This document shows positions 12,770 to 25,665 of a stretch of 64,000 nucleotides of DNA, one piece after another. A program made the translations under genes and the position numbers. The stretch lies in the NCBI RefSeq assembly GCF_963921235.1, contig NC_086097.1, positions 53,074,001-53,138,000 on the forward strand, written 5' to 3'. This DNA comes from Mobula hypostoma (lineage: Eukaryota). Each line of letters begins with the position of its first letter. Within the stretch, counting starts at the first letter, position 1. The notes under the pieces were generated by a model. The model saw only the letters and a program-made list of their open reading frames with translations, ran no database searches and was not told where the DNA came from.

Positions 12770-13415
12770 ACAGATTCAGCCCTTCAATACTGCTCTGTCA
12801 TTCCATCATGGCTGATTTATTAACCCTCTCAACCCCATTCTCCTACCTTCTCCCCATAACCTTTGATGTCCTGATTAATCAAGAACCTATCAACCTCTGC
12901 TTTAAATATACTCACTGACTTGGCCTCCAATGCTGTCTGTGGCAATGAATTCCACAAATCTACCACCCTCTGGCTAAATAAATTCCTCTTTCTTTTAACA
13001 AAAGGTCCCTATCTGAGGCTGTGCCCTCTGGTCCTAGACTCCCCCATGATAGGAAACATGTTCTCCACATCCATTCTATCTAGGCCTTTCAATATTTGAT
13101 AGGTATCAATGAGATCCTCCTCATTCTTCTAAACACCAGCAAGTACAGGCCCACAGTCAAATGCTCCTCATGCGTTAACCCTTTTGTTTCTGAGATCATT
13201 CCTCTGGACCCTCTCCAATGCCAGCACATTCTCAAAGTATTGTCTGAACAATGCCTCATCTTCATATTGTCTGCAAACTTGGCCACAAAGCCGATATAGA
13301 CACAAAACGTGAAAAGAAGCTGTCCCAACACTGACCCCTGTGGAACACCACTAGTCATTGGCTGCCAACCAGAAATGGCCTCTTTTATTCCCACTCTTTG
13401 CTTCCTGCCAATCAG
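12770..13415 (-). mobile_element. Decayed CR1 LINE fragment
   Basis: RKQRVGI...SGVPQGSVLG...KFADN motifs and CR1 3' UTR on -. Confidence 0.8.
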
Positions 13416-13887
13416 TTTGCATCTTTCTGGTCTGCTGCTCACTATCAACTAAAATACACCTTTGCTATCTCTAAAATTAAGTCTCCTATATCCATGACCA
13501 ATCTGTAGACTACTATTAATCCGTGACAGATGATGCACAGTTACATTAGTTTGAAGAATGGTCATCCCTATTATTTTATAAATCATGCTACTGTTAATGT
13601 TTTCAATCCCACACAGCTTAATTTCCACATATATGTTAATCAAACTGCCAAAACCAACTCCCCATCAAATTTAAAGTGACAAACCTAACAATTCAATAAC
13701 TACATCAAATCTTAAAGGTCTGTAGCCCCAACTTTTCTTGAAACAACTGCATGATAGAAAACTGAAAAAAACTGTCCTCATACTTTGAAACAAAAACAGA
13801 TTACAGACAATTTAAAACAAAGGTTTCACAGTACTGGAGGACTGAAGTAAAACATATGACAATATATGAAAGTGCTAGCTTGCTTAC

Positions 13888-13950
13888 TTATGAATTGTTC
13901 AGCTTCAACATCACCTACTTTCGTTAACTGTGCAAGTACCTTGAAAAAGC
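13888..13950 (-). CDS. GNPNAT1: GNPNAT1 coding exon 2 of 5 (63 nt)
   Basis: ttttacag|GC...ATAA|gtaagc encodes (G)FFKVLAQLTKVGDVEAEQFI, and phases agree with the flanking exons. Confidence 0.95.
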
Positions 13951-14039
13951 CTGTAAAAATTAAAATTGAGTTACATTACAGCAGGAGTTACCATTAAGTT
14001 CATTATCATGTTAAAGGAAACATTGCCATTACAGCTTTA

Positions 14040-14500
14040 TAGCAGCCATAGAGGAGATTTATGAGAATATTTCCCAGTCCAGAGAAATTTAGTTACAATG
14101 AGAGGTTACAAGGCTTAGGGTTCCTTTCTCTAGAAAGAAGGCAGCAGAGAACAAGCTGAAACACAAAATTACGAGAAGCTTAAATAAAGTAAACAGTTTG
14201 TACCAACAGGAAGTACCAACCGGGGGCACAGATTTGTCATCGTTATAAAGATCACAGGGGATTGGAGAAAGATGTTCTTAGATACAAGCTTGGTGGGGTC
14301 TGGAGCTTATAGTCTAAAAGTTTGATGCATGGTAAAACTGCTCATTATATTTCAAAACCACATGAACGAGCAGTTGATGAACTTCAAATTGTAAGTCAAC
14401 AAGTTAACAACTGGAAAATTGGATGAGTCAGAGTAGTTCTTCATTTGGTATGGGCACAATGGACCAAATATTTTCCTCAGTCATAAATTTCTATGATCTT
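14040..14500 (+). mobile_element. Highly decayed CR1 3' fragment
   Basis: Degenerate similarity to the CR1 3' region, ending in a tttctatga tail. Confidence 0.5.
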
Positions 14501-14557
14501 TGAAACTTCAATGGTAGTGTTCAAGTTGCAATCCCAACATGGTTGATGGAAGGACAA

Positions 14558-14962
14558 TCACAAACAAGAGAAAATCTGCAGATGCTGGAAATCCCAGCAA
14601 CACACACAAAATCCTGGAGGAACTCAGCAGGCCAGGCAGCATCTATGGAAAAAGAGTACAATGTTTCGGGCCGAGACCCCTCAGCAGGACTGGAGAGAGA
14701 AAAAAAAATTGAGGAGTAGAGTTAAAAGGAGAGGGGATGGGAGGGAGAAACACAAGGTAATAGGTGAAAGCAGGAGGAGGGTGAAGGAAGAGCTGAGAAG
14801 ATGATTGGTGAAAGAGACACTGGGCTGGAGAAGGGGAGTTTAATAGGAGAGGACAGAAGGCATGAAAGGGGAAGCAGCACCACAGGGAGGCAAAGGGCAG
14901 GCAAGGAGACAAGGTGAGAAGGTGAGGTGGGGGGAAAGGGATGGGGAATGGTGAAGGGGGCA
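14558..14962 (-). mobile_element. Penelope-like element terminal (pLTR) fragment with a mutated hammerhead motif
   Basis: Same terminal sequence as the GIY-YIG-bearing elements. On - it reads AGTC-CTGCTGA-GGGGTCTCGGCCC-GAAA. Confidence 0.8.
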
Positions 14963-15238
14963 TCACATCTGTCTGACATGCTATTTCCTATATTTAGAGT
15001 TTTGTTGGACATACAAGGTGACTCATTGGGTAGGCAACTGTAGCCCTAGAATCCTCTTCTCAAAAGGAGCGTTCAAGAAAAATTGTACATAATACATGTG
15101 CTATTCCGCAGATGAAATAAAATTCAGTAGAACTATATGGATCTGGCATCGCAAGTAGCTAATGGGAATAGCAAAGAAAGATTGCAAGTAAATTTTCTGA
15201 TTACAATATGTATCATGATTCAGGTGAGATATTACAGG

Positions 15239-15909
15239 GTTGGGAAAAGATTTTTGGACTCTTGTAAATAATGAGTTAAAATTGCTGCAGACTTCTGTTT
15301 GTTCTGTTCTGAGTAATCCGCCTGTGCTGCTTTCAGACTGACAATCTTGGAGATGTTATGTTTTGTGGATTGAGTTCTGCTCATCTGTCACACACATGGC
15401 TTCGCAAGAATTGAGCTAAGCGCTCTTTGTCTCATAAGCTCGTTCTATAAATTGTAACACATCTAAGTTAGACAAAGGTTCGATGTGTACCCACAATCCT
15501 CGTCTCACCTGCAGGTGTCAGGATGTGATAATCTAATTATACTTTGTCTCCAAACATGTGGAACAATGGTTGAAAATGAGGAATTATCTCATTGCACACA
15601 TTGTCCCAGTTGTCTGAGCTTGACTGCCTTTTAGGGTGATTAAGGGTTATTTGTCTCAAAATACCACTGTTGTTGGGTATGTGACTATGGGGGTAGTTAA
15701 AAAATTGCTTCCTGTGTACGTGACAAAAATGGTATTAAAAACTCTGTTTCTGTGCTTGGGCAGAGAGACCTCAGGTATGGGCCCCCTGTGTGTGCCTAAG
15801 GAGGGCTCTCTCTAGTAGCCAGCTACTAATAAAACTGTTGCTTTATCCTCCCTAGTACTGTGTGTTCTTGCATCAGGTAACCAGTAATAATTAGAAGTAA
15901 GGTTTAACA
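15239..15909 (+). mobile_element. Probable solo LTR (ERV/LTR retrotransposon)
   Basis: Ends ...TTTAACA and starts GTTGGG (TG end degenerate). It has TATA-like TATTAAAA at 15733, a hairpin at 15762-15813, AATAAA at 15828-15833, and a possible 4-bp TSD CAGG/CAAG. Confidence 0.45.
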
Positions 15910-16194
15910 CAAGTAGGAGCTAAATATATGAATAGGAAAAGGAGATGAAAAATAAACTGACAGAAAAAATTCTTATTTGCATAAACATTATTTAAAATAT
16001 CTGCTATTCAAAATAATTTCAAAAAATTGGACTGTAAGAAAGCACTTTAAAAATGGCCAACCCCATTTTTAAAACTAGTTCAATGGATTCTTTGACTAAA
16101 AGTAGAACACTTCAGTCAAAATTACAAACATTCACAAGCAATCATATTAATATACATCTGTGGGCAACTGATAGATTTACAGCTTAAACAGTAC

Positions 16195-16348
16195 CTCTGT
16201 TGAAGTCTGCAGTACAGAGAGGCCTCAGAATGAGTCCATCCCCTGGGCTCACTGGGGAAATCTCAGGCGAGAATTTCACCATATTTTGATTCCAGTCCAG
16301 CTCACTCAACAAGGTGGGGTCAAACAAGGGTGTATCGTCAAGAATCAT
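16195..16348 (-). CDS. GNPNAT1: GNPNAT1 coding exon 1 of 5 (154 nt coding; exon begins at 16375 with 27 nt of leader)
   Basis: gccATG start, then [52 protein letters not shown]|gtactg. Acceptor ttcttttaaacag at 16376-16377. The spliced CDS totals 555 nt (184 aa). Confidence 0.96.
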
Positions 16349-17274
16349 GGCCCAAGCAGCACATAAATCAATACACTGTTTAAAAGAAACACACAAAACT
16401 GAAAAAAATTGAGACTTTACAGATATAACCACATGCAGTCAAGTGAAAAGAATTTTTTTAGTGATTTTAAAATATGATATTTTTGTCATGATTACTGATA
16501 AATGCAAAACAGGCTCAGTTCTAAAATAATAAATTCTCCTGGTAATTAAATTTGAGGAGAGACCATCACTTTGTAATGGCATTTTTACAGTCAAAATCAC
16601 AAACAAGAGAAAATCTGCAGATGCTGGAAAGCCAAACAAGACACACAAAATGCTGGAGGAACTCAGCAGGCCAGGCAGCATCTTTGGATAACAGTACAGA
16701 ATGTCATGTTTTTACAGTATTTTGGAACACTTACATTGTGTAATAAATACAAGAGATACAACTTCAACAAATAGTGTGCATACTACAGAGTAATAGAATT
16801 GTACAACATAGAAATGGACCCTTTGGCTTATCACATCCATGCCAAAGTTCTCCAATCTAGGCATCCTGGTGAACTTTCCCTGCACTCTCATTGCCAATTA
16901 CATCTTTCCTATTATGTGGCAAACAGAACTGCATAATACTACTTAACCAGTATTTTGTAAAGTTGTAATCTAGCATTTTTTATAATTTCCTTTATCCCAA
17001 GCTTTGAAGACAAGCATGCCATATGCCCTTTTCACCACCACCCTATCTAGCTCTGCTGCACTTTCAGGTTACCAAGCATTCCTTAGTGCCCCTTACTGCG
17101 TATATCCTACCCCTATTGGATTTCCCAAAGCACATTATATCAGAGTTGCTGAGATTTAATTCCATTTGCCAACACTAAGCTGAACTCTCCATCATATCTC
17201 TATCCTGCTGAAGCCTCAGGTATCCTTCCTTACCATTCAAAACACCACCATCTTTTAAGTCATCTGCAAACTGG

Positions 17275-17552
17275 ACACCACAGTAGTGTATCAGTTACTG
17301 CAATAATATTACAGCTCGGGAGTTCAATGCCTGCAAGGAGTACGTACATTCTCTCTGTGACCATGTGGCTTTTTGTCCAGGTGTAGTGGTTTCCACCTAC
17401 ATTCCAAAGATGTACCAGTTAGGTGGTTAACTGGTCACTGGACAACGTCCTGCCATTAGGATAATTGGTCATTGGACATCGTCCTGCCATTAGGATAGGG
17501 CAGTGCAGCTCAATGGGCCAGAAGGACCTGTTCTGCATTGTATTCTAAATAA
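17275..17552 (+). mobile_element. V-domain-type tRNA SINE, decayed
   Basis: Central ...gtacattctctctgtgaccatgtggc...ggtttccacctacattccaaagatgtaccagttagg... block, B-box-like gagttcaat, and taaataaa tail. Confidence 0.6.
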
Positions 17553-17678
17553 ACTACCAATCATACCTCTGGCATTCATGTCCAATTTATCATAAACCAA
17601 TTTCTATGAAACACCAGCAACACACACAAAATGCTGGTGGAACATAGCAGGCCAAACAGCATCCATAGGAAGAAGCAC

Positions 17679-17714
17679 AGTCGACATTTCGGGCCGAGAC
17701 CCTTCATCAGGACT
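17679..17714 (-). ncRNA. Minimal type I hammerhead ribozyme motif (PLE-derived), best-preserved copy in the window
   Basis: AGUC CUGAUGA A GGGU-CUCG-GCCC GAAA UGUC GACU. The CUGANGA and GAAA boxes are intact, with stem II, a GUC triplet and stem I (AGUC/GACU). Activity is untested. Confidence 0.75.
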
Positions 17715-18669
17715 AACTGAAAGAAGAGATATTAAGAGATCTATGAACCACCATTGTTCAGATCTTCAATCAGAAAAGCATCCTTCCACAACTGCCTTCT
17801 ACCTACCACCATAAAGGCAATTTTGGATCCAATCAGCCAGCTTCTTGTGTACTTTACTCTTCAGGGTCAGCCTACCAAACAGGACTTCCTCAAACGCCTT
17901 ATTAAAAGTCCATATATACAACACCTATTGCCATACCTTCAGTCTCATTTGTTACCTGGAGGAAACTCAGCCAAACTAATGAGGCAGGATTTCACCTGCC
18001 CAAATCCACACTAATTATCCCTGCCTTTGCAAGTGTACAGAAATCTGAGCCAACCCTATCTGTTGGACTTTATCCAATAATTTCTCTGCCACCAACACAC
18101 AGCTCATGAATATGCTGCTCCTTGGTTTGACTTTGCAGCCTCTAGTCTTTTAGCACCTCACTATGGCTGCTGAAGATGGTAATATTTCCTTCAGAGCCGC
18201 GGCTATTTCCTCTCTTGCTTCCCAAAGAAACATGGAATACATCTCATCTGGCTCTAGGGATTTATTTAACAGACACTTCTCAATATGCACCTGCTCCAGA
18301 TTATCCATTTACCCCTCCATGAACTCACTTTCTTCCTTGTCCTTCTTTGTAAATCCACTGTCGATAAATATTCACATAGGGCCTTTCACTTGTCACCTGG
18401 CCTTACAAAGATTACCAATTTGATTTGCAAGGAAATCCCCTCTTTCCTTATTATAGAATGTTTCAGGATTCTCCTTTCTCTTACGATTTCTCTCTTACAT
18501 TAGAGCTATAAAGCTGCACAAAGCAGAAAAGGGACCACCACGATATCCATCTATGCTAATCTCATTCAACCACATCCCTCCAATCCAAGTAGCTATCCAA
18601 ATGCCCTTTATATGCTCCATTGTACTGTATCTGTCTTATCACCTCCTCTGGCATTATGTTTCATATTCA

Positions 18670-20461
18670 AACACGAGGAATTCTGAAGATGCTGGAAATT
18701 CAAGCAACACACATCAAAGTTGCTGGTGAACGCAGCAGGCCAGGCAGCGTCTCTAGGAAGAGGTGCAGTCGATATTTCAGGCCGAGACCCTTCAACAGGA
18801 CTAACTGAAGGAAGAGCTAGTAAAAGATTTGAAAGTGGAAGGGGGAGGGGCAGATCCAAAATGATAGAAGACGACAGGGGGGGAAGGATGGAGCCAAGAG
18901 CTGGACAGCTGATTGGCAAAAGGGATATGAGAGGATCATGGGACAGGAGGCCCAGGGAGAAGGAAAAGGGGGAGGGGGGGGAACCCAGAGGATGGGCAAG
19001 GGGTACAGTCAGAGGGAGAAAAAGGAGAGTATTCCCCCACCTTTCCTTCGCTACATCGACGACTGCATTGGCACTGCTTCCTGCACTCGTTGACCTTATT
19101 AACTTTGCCTCCAACTTTCACCCTGCCCTCAAGTTTACCTGGTCCATTTCCGACACCTCCCTCCCCTTTCTAGATCTTTCTGTCTCTGGAGACAACTTAT
19201 CTACTGATGTCTACTACAAGCCTACTGACTCTCACAGCTATCTGGACTATTCCTCTTCTCACCCTGTCTCTTGCAAAAATGCCATCCCCTTCTCGCAATT
19301 CCTCCGTCTCCGCTGCATCTGCTCTCAGGATGAGGCTTTTCATTCCAGGACAAGGGAGATGTCCTTCTTTTTTAAAGAAAGGGGCTTCCCTTCCTCCACC
19401 ATCAACTCTGCCCTCAAACGCATCTCCCCCATTTCACGCACATCTGCTCTCATTCCATCCTCCTGCTATCCCACTAGGAATAGGGTTCCCCTGGTCCTCA
19501 CCTACCACCCCACCAGCCTCCAGGTCCAACATATTATTCTCCGTAACTTCCGCCACCTCCAACGGGAACCCACCACTAAGCACATCTTTCCCTCCCCCCC
19601 CCCACTTTCCACAGGGATCGCTCCCTACGCGACTCCCTTGTCCATTCGACCCCCCCATCCCTCCCCACTGATCTCCTTCCTGGCACTTATCCTTGTAAGC
19701 AGAACAAGTGCTACACATGCCCTTACACCTCCTCCCTTACCACCATTCAGGGCCCCAGACAGTCCTTCCAGGTGAGGCAACACTGCGAGTCGGCTGGGGT
19801 GATATACTGTGTCCGGTGCTCCCGATGTGGCCTTCTATATATTGGCGAGACCCGACGCAGACTGGGAGACCGTTGTGCTGAACACCTACACTCTGTCCGC
19901 CAGAGAAAGCAGGATCTCCCAGTGGCCACATATTTTAATTCCACATCCCATTCCCATCCTGACATGTCTATTCACGGCCTCCTCCACTGTAAAGATGAAG
20001 CCACACTCAGGTTGGAGGAACAACACCTTATATTCCGTCTGGGTAGCCTCCAACCTGATGGCATGAACATTGATTTCTCTAACCTGCTAATACCCCACCT
20101 CCCCCTCGTACCCCATCTGTTATTTATATGCACACATTCGCTCACTCTCCTTGTTCTCCCTCCATCCCTCTGACTATACTCCTTGCCCATCCTCTGGGTC
20201 CCCCCCTCCCCCTTTTCCTTCTCCCTGGGCCTCCTGTCCCATGATCCTCTCATATCCCTTTTGCCAATCACCTGTCCAGCTCTTGGCTCCATCCCTCCCC
20301 CTCCTGTCTTCTCCTATCATTTTGGATCTCCCACTCCCACTTTCAAATCTCTTACTAACTCTTCCTTCAGTTAGTCCTGACGAAGGGTCTGAAATGTCGA
20401 CTGTACCTCTTCCTAGAGATGCTGCCTGGCCTGCTGCGTTCACCAGCAACTTTGATGTGTG
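18670..20461 (+). mobile_element. Penelope-like element: RT C-terminus plus GIY-YIG endonuclease, flanked by inverted pLTR copies
   Basis: LPFLDL...TDVYYKPTDSHSYLDYSSSHP...IPFSQFLRLRCICS (PLE RT) and GVIYCVRCSRCGLLYIGETRRRLGDR (GIY-YIG). About 18708-19029 is the inverse of about 20145-20461. 14-bp TSD ATGTTTCATA(T/C)TCA at 18656-18669 and 20462-20475. Confidence 0.9.
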
Positions 20462-20879
20462 ATGTTTCATACTCATCCAGCTTTGTGTAAAAACCCTCCC
20501 ATTCACCTTTAAAACAATTCCTTCTAATTTTAGACCCGCCTCCATCCTAAGAAATATACTCCATCTACCCTTTTTATGCCCAATTTTATAAATCTCTATA
20601 ATGATCTATACTGCACTCTAAACACCTTACTGTGATGTGGCAACCAGAACTGTACACAATACTCCAAATACATCAACCAGTGTTTTCACAGCTGCAACAC
20701 GACAGCTCAACTCTTCTACCCAACAAACACCTCAGCCAATGAATACAATCATTCCAAATGTTTTCTTCATTACCTTTTCATCACGACACTGATGGAGTTG
20801 GGAACTTGGACTCAAGGTCCATTTGTATACCAACATCTCTTGGATCCCTGCTATTTACTGTATACAGAATACACAGTAT

Positions 20880-23782
20880 ATAGAATAATACAGCACATTA
20901 CAGGCCCTTCGGTCCACAATGTTGTGCCAACCCTCAAACCCTGCCTCCCATATAACCCCCCCCCCACCTTAACTTCTTCCATATACCCATCTAGTAGTCT
21001 CTTAAACTTCACTAATTTATCTGCCTCCACCACTGACTCGGGCAGTGCATTCCACGCACCAACCACTCTCTGAGTAAAAAACCTTTCTCTAATATCCCCC
21101 TTGAACTTCCCACCCCTTACCTTAAAGCCATGTCCTCTTGTACTGAGCAGTGGTGCCCTGGGGAAGAGGCGCTGGCTATCCACTATCTATTCCTCTTATT
21201 ATCTTGTACACCTCTATCATGTCTCCTCTCATCCTCCTCCTCTCCAAAGAGTAAAGCCCTAGCTCCCTTAATCTCTGATCATAATGCATACTCTCTAAAT
21301 CAGGCAGCATCCTGGTAAATCTCCTCTGTACTCTTTCCAAGACAGTACTCCAAGAGTGGCCTAACCAGAGTTTTATAGAGCTGCATCATTATATCACAAC
21401 TCTTAAACTCTATCCCTCAACTTATGAAAGCTAACACCCCATAAGCTTTCTTAACTACCCTATCTACCTGTGAGGCAACTTTCAGGGATCTGTGGACATG
21501 TACCCCCAGATCCCTCTGCTCCTCCACACTACCAAGTATCCTGCCATTTACTTTGTACTCTGCCTTGGAGTTTGTCCTTCCAAAGTGTACCACCTCACAC
21601 TTCTCCGGGTTGAACTCCATCTGCCACTTCTCAGCCCACTTCTGCATCCTATCAATGTCTCTCTGCATCTTCGACAATCCTCTACACTATCTACAACACC
21701 ACCAACCTTCGTGTTGTCTGCAAACTTGCCATCCCACCCTTCTACCCCTACATCCACGTCGTTAATAAAAATCATGAAAAGTACAGGTCCCAGAACAGAT
21801 CCTTGTGGGATACCACTAGTCACAACCCTCCAATCTGAATGTACTCCCTCCACCACGAACCTCTGCCTTCTGCAGGCAAGCCAATTCTGAATCCACCTGA
21901 CCAAACTTCCCTGGATCCCATGCCTTCTGACTTTCTGAATAAGCCTACCATGTGGAACCTTGTCAAATGCCTTACTAAAATCCATGTAGATCACATCCAC
22001 TGCACTACCCTCATCTATATGCCTGGTCACCTCCTCAAAGAACTCTATCAGGCTTGTTAGACACGATCTGCCCTTCACAAAGCCATGCTGACTGTCCCTG
22101 ATCAGACCATGATTCTCTAAATGCCCAGAGATCCTATCTCTAAGAATCCTTTCCAACAGCTTTCCCATCACAGACACAAGGCTCACTGGTCTATAGTTGC
22201 CCGGACTATCCCTGCTACCTTTTTTGAACAAGGGGACAACATTCGCCTCCCTCCAATCCTCTGGTACCATTCCCGTGGACAAGGGCATAAAGATCCTAGC
22301 CAGAGGCTCAGCAATCTCTTCCCTCCCCTCATGAAGTAGCCTGGGGAATATTCCGTCAGGCCCCGGGGACTTATCCGTCCTAATGTATTTTAACAACGCC
22401 AGCACCTCCTCTCCCTTAATATCAACATGCTTCAGAACATCAGCCTCACTCATACTGTCCTCACCATCAAGTTTCCTCTCATTGGTGAATACCAAATAGA
22501 GGTATTCATTGAGGACCTTGCTCACTTCCACAGCCTCCAGGCACATCTTCCCACCTTTATCTCTAATCGGTCCTACCTTCACTCCTGTCATCCTTCTGTT
22601 CTTCACATAATTGAAGAATGCCTTGGGGTTTTCCTTTACCCTGATCGCCATGGCCTTCTCATGCCCCTTTCTTGCTCTTCTCAGCCCCTTAAGCTCCTTT
22701 TTTGCTTTCCTATATTCCTCAATAGACCCATCTGATCCTTGCTTCCTAAACCTCATGTATGCTGCCTTCTTTCACCTGACTAGATTTTCTACCTCACTTG
22801 TCACCCATGGTTCCTTCACCCTACCACTCTTTATCTTCCTCACCGGGACAAATTTATCCTTAACATCCTGCAAGAGATCTCTAAACATCGACCACATGTC
22901 CATAGTACATTTCCCTGCAAAAACATCATCCCAATTCACACCTGCAAGTTCTAGCCTTATAGCCTCATAATTTGCCCTTCCCTAATTAAAAATTTTCCTG
23001 TCCTCTGATTCTATCCTTTTCCATGATAATGCTGAAGGTCAGGGAGTGGTGGTCACTGTCCCCCAGAGATCTGTGACCTGACCCAGTTCATTACCTAGTA
23101 CTAGATCTAGTATGGCATTCCGCCTAGTCGGCCTGTCCACATACTGTGATAGGAATCTGTCCTGGACACACTTAAACTCTGCCCCATCTAAACCCTTGGA
23201 ACTAATCAGGTGCCAATCAATATTAGGGAAGTTAAAGTCACCCATGATAACAACCCTGTTATTTTTGCACCTTTCCAAGATCTGCCTCCCAATCTGCTCC
23301 TCTGTATCTCTGCTGCTATCAGGGGGCCTATAGCATACTCCCAATAGAGTAACTGCTCCCTTCCTCTTCCTGACTTCCACCCATACTGACTCAAGAGAGG
23401 ATCCTGCTACATTACCCACCCTTTCTGTAGCTGTAATAGTATCCCTGACCAGTAATGCCACCCCTCCTCCCCTCCCCCCCATCCCTTTTAAAGCACTAAA
23501 ATCCAGGAATATTGAGAATCCATTTTTGCCCTGGTGCCAGCCAAGTCTCTGTAATGGCCACTACATCATAATGCTATGTATGTATCCAAGCTCTCGGTTC
23601 ATCACCTTTGTTCCTGATGCTTCTTGCATTGAGGTATACACACCTTCTACCTTTACACCATTTATTCTGCTTCTCTTTCCTCAAAGCCTCTCTATTATGT
23701 TAGACCTGGCTTAACTCCATGCATTTCTTTCACTGCTCTATCGCTCTGGGTCCCATCCCCTTTGCAAATTAGTTTAAACCCA
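20880..23782 (-). mobile_element. CR1 LINE with nearly complete but frameshifted ORF2 (APE endonuclease plus RT)
   Basis: GGGVALLVR, YRPP, MGDFNFPNIDW (APE). KSPGPDG, NYRPVSL, YMDFSKAFDKVPH, PQGSVLGP, KFADNTK (RT). CR1 3' UTR near 20880-20950. Confidence 0.93.
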
Positions 23783-24742
23783 CCCTACAGTTGAGTTGTA
23801 ACATACTGTTCTTCAAGAGAGTCATCTGATCCCATTTGTCTATACCTGCCCTATATATGTCCTTTGTTCTCATTAAATCAACAACCAAAGTTCCTTAATC
23901 TTGTCATTTTTGCTTGTCACACTTTTTGGAACATGGCAATATATTGACATACTGCAAATGCAAAATACACTGACTGAGTTAAACACATAATTTTTACGTT
24001 AAAATAAGCATTACAATTTGAGAATAATTAACAGTTCATTTCAGTTACCGGTTGCACTAAGAAAAATATTTTCTATAAACACCTTTTGCCTATTTAAAAA
24101 CAACTGAATTTTATTAAAATATTTCCAAGTTCAAGTCAATATAGATTTCACCCTGAATGAAATTTCCATACAAACACAACTCAGTCTGCTCTGCCAGAAC
24201 TCAGCAAGTCAAGCTAAGCGATACTGGCTTTCACTCCTCTCTTGTGCCAGTTTATCGTAACACTCAATTTCCCCCAGTTATGGATAATCAAAACCTTTAC
24301 TTTTTCTATACTTCTACTGAAATGAATCATGGGCATGATCACTATGCACTGCTATTATGAATTTAATATACTTGCACTTTATATCCCAGGAGAAAAGATC
24401 AAAGATAGTGTTGTTCAAAGTGATACGGAGAGAAAGCATGTAAAACTTACAATTGTGAAGAAAGCTGTAATTCTACAAAAATAGATCAGGGTGAATCAGT
24501 GTCAATTGTGAGGGAACACTTCAGAGTTGATAATATCAAATATAACAGAACTTTCATGTTGTCTCTTGATAAGAGTGATTTACTTAGGACACTCCTAAAC
24601 AAACTATTCTTGAACTTCAAACACTTGGTTGTGAGTGGTTTAAGCAGAATCATAGTAATTGGCAACTTGTATTTAGTCTATTATTGTATGAAGATGTCAA
24701 AAACACTTCATTAGGACAAAGAATTCTCTCTAATTTCTTACC

Positions 24743-25044
24743 ATGGACTTTTTACTCTCCTCCCATCCAGTAGGCGCCACAGGAGCCTCCTCTCCCGCAC
24801 CAGCAGGCACAGGAAGGGCTTCTTCCCTGATGCTGTGACACTGCTGAACCTCACATCACAGCGCTAAGCAGTATTGCATCCGTATTGTACTGTCTCAGTA
24901 CATTTATATTTCTGTGCTGTAGCACTTTTTTAAAAATTTGCAGTTATTTTGTAAATAACACTATTTCTGGTCAGATGCTAAATGCATTTCATTGGCTTTG
25001 TATCTGTACTCGGCACAATGACAATAAAGTTGAATCTAATCTAA
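24743..25044 (+). mobile_element. Rex1/Babar-type LINE 3' end
   Basis: FTLLPSSRRHRSL...FFPDAVTLLN-type terminus, 3' UTR, and ACAATAAAGTTGAATCTAATCT tail. Confidence 0.65.
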
Positions 25045-25665
25045 GAGAGAGAGCGCGCAGCGCGCCACACGTGCGCAGCCTTCTGGTGAAAATTGATATC
25101 GTATCCGTTAAAATAGGGGTCATGGACAATTCTGATTTGATGGAGACAGATGTGAAAGCACAGAGGAACATCTGGAGAAATTTCTGAAACGCCAGTTTGC
25201 TGCTGTTGTGACTGCGTGGTCAGGAATCTTCCAGAGGGAAGGCCTCAAAATCCCCGGTTTTGCCTGCTGTTGGCGACCGAGATTGAGGTCGAATCGTTTG
25301 GGCAGAGATGGCGCTCAGTACTCGGTGTCAGAGAGCTGATCAGAGCTCAAAGTTTTCGGATGACTCAGATTCGGACTGTGGTCGGGCATGGCAGGGAGAG
25401 TTTTTCTTCCTTCTCCCGTCTGCGTGAGATGTGGGATACTTGAGAGATTTTGAACTTTTTACTGTGCTCATGGACTTCATAGTTATGGTATTGTTGCACT
25501 GTTGTAACTATATGTTATAATTATGTGGTTTTATTAGTTTTTTCAGTCTTGGTCTGTCCTGTGTTTTGTGATATCACACGGGAGGAGATATTGTATCACT
25601 TCTTAATGCATGCATTACTAAATGACAATAAAAGAGGACTGTGTGTCTTCATAATCTAATCTAAT
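25045..25665 (+). mobile_element. Unclassified non-autonomous retroposon with a CpG-rich 5' part and (AATCT)n tail
   Basis: No coding motifs. It ends AATGACAATAAAAG...AATCTAATCTAAT and begins immediately after the (AATCT)n tail of the preceding element. Confidence 0.5.

Noticed and set aside
18720..19775. 351-aa ORF as an intact PLE protein
   Set aside because: The first 100 or so codons are an inverted non-coding pLTR, the RT palm is missing, and the frame shifts before the endonuclease.
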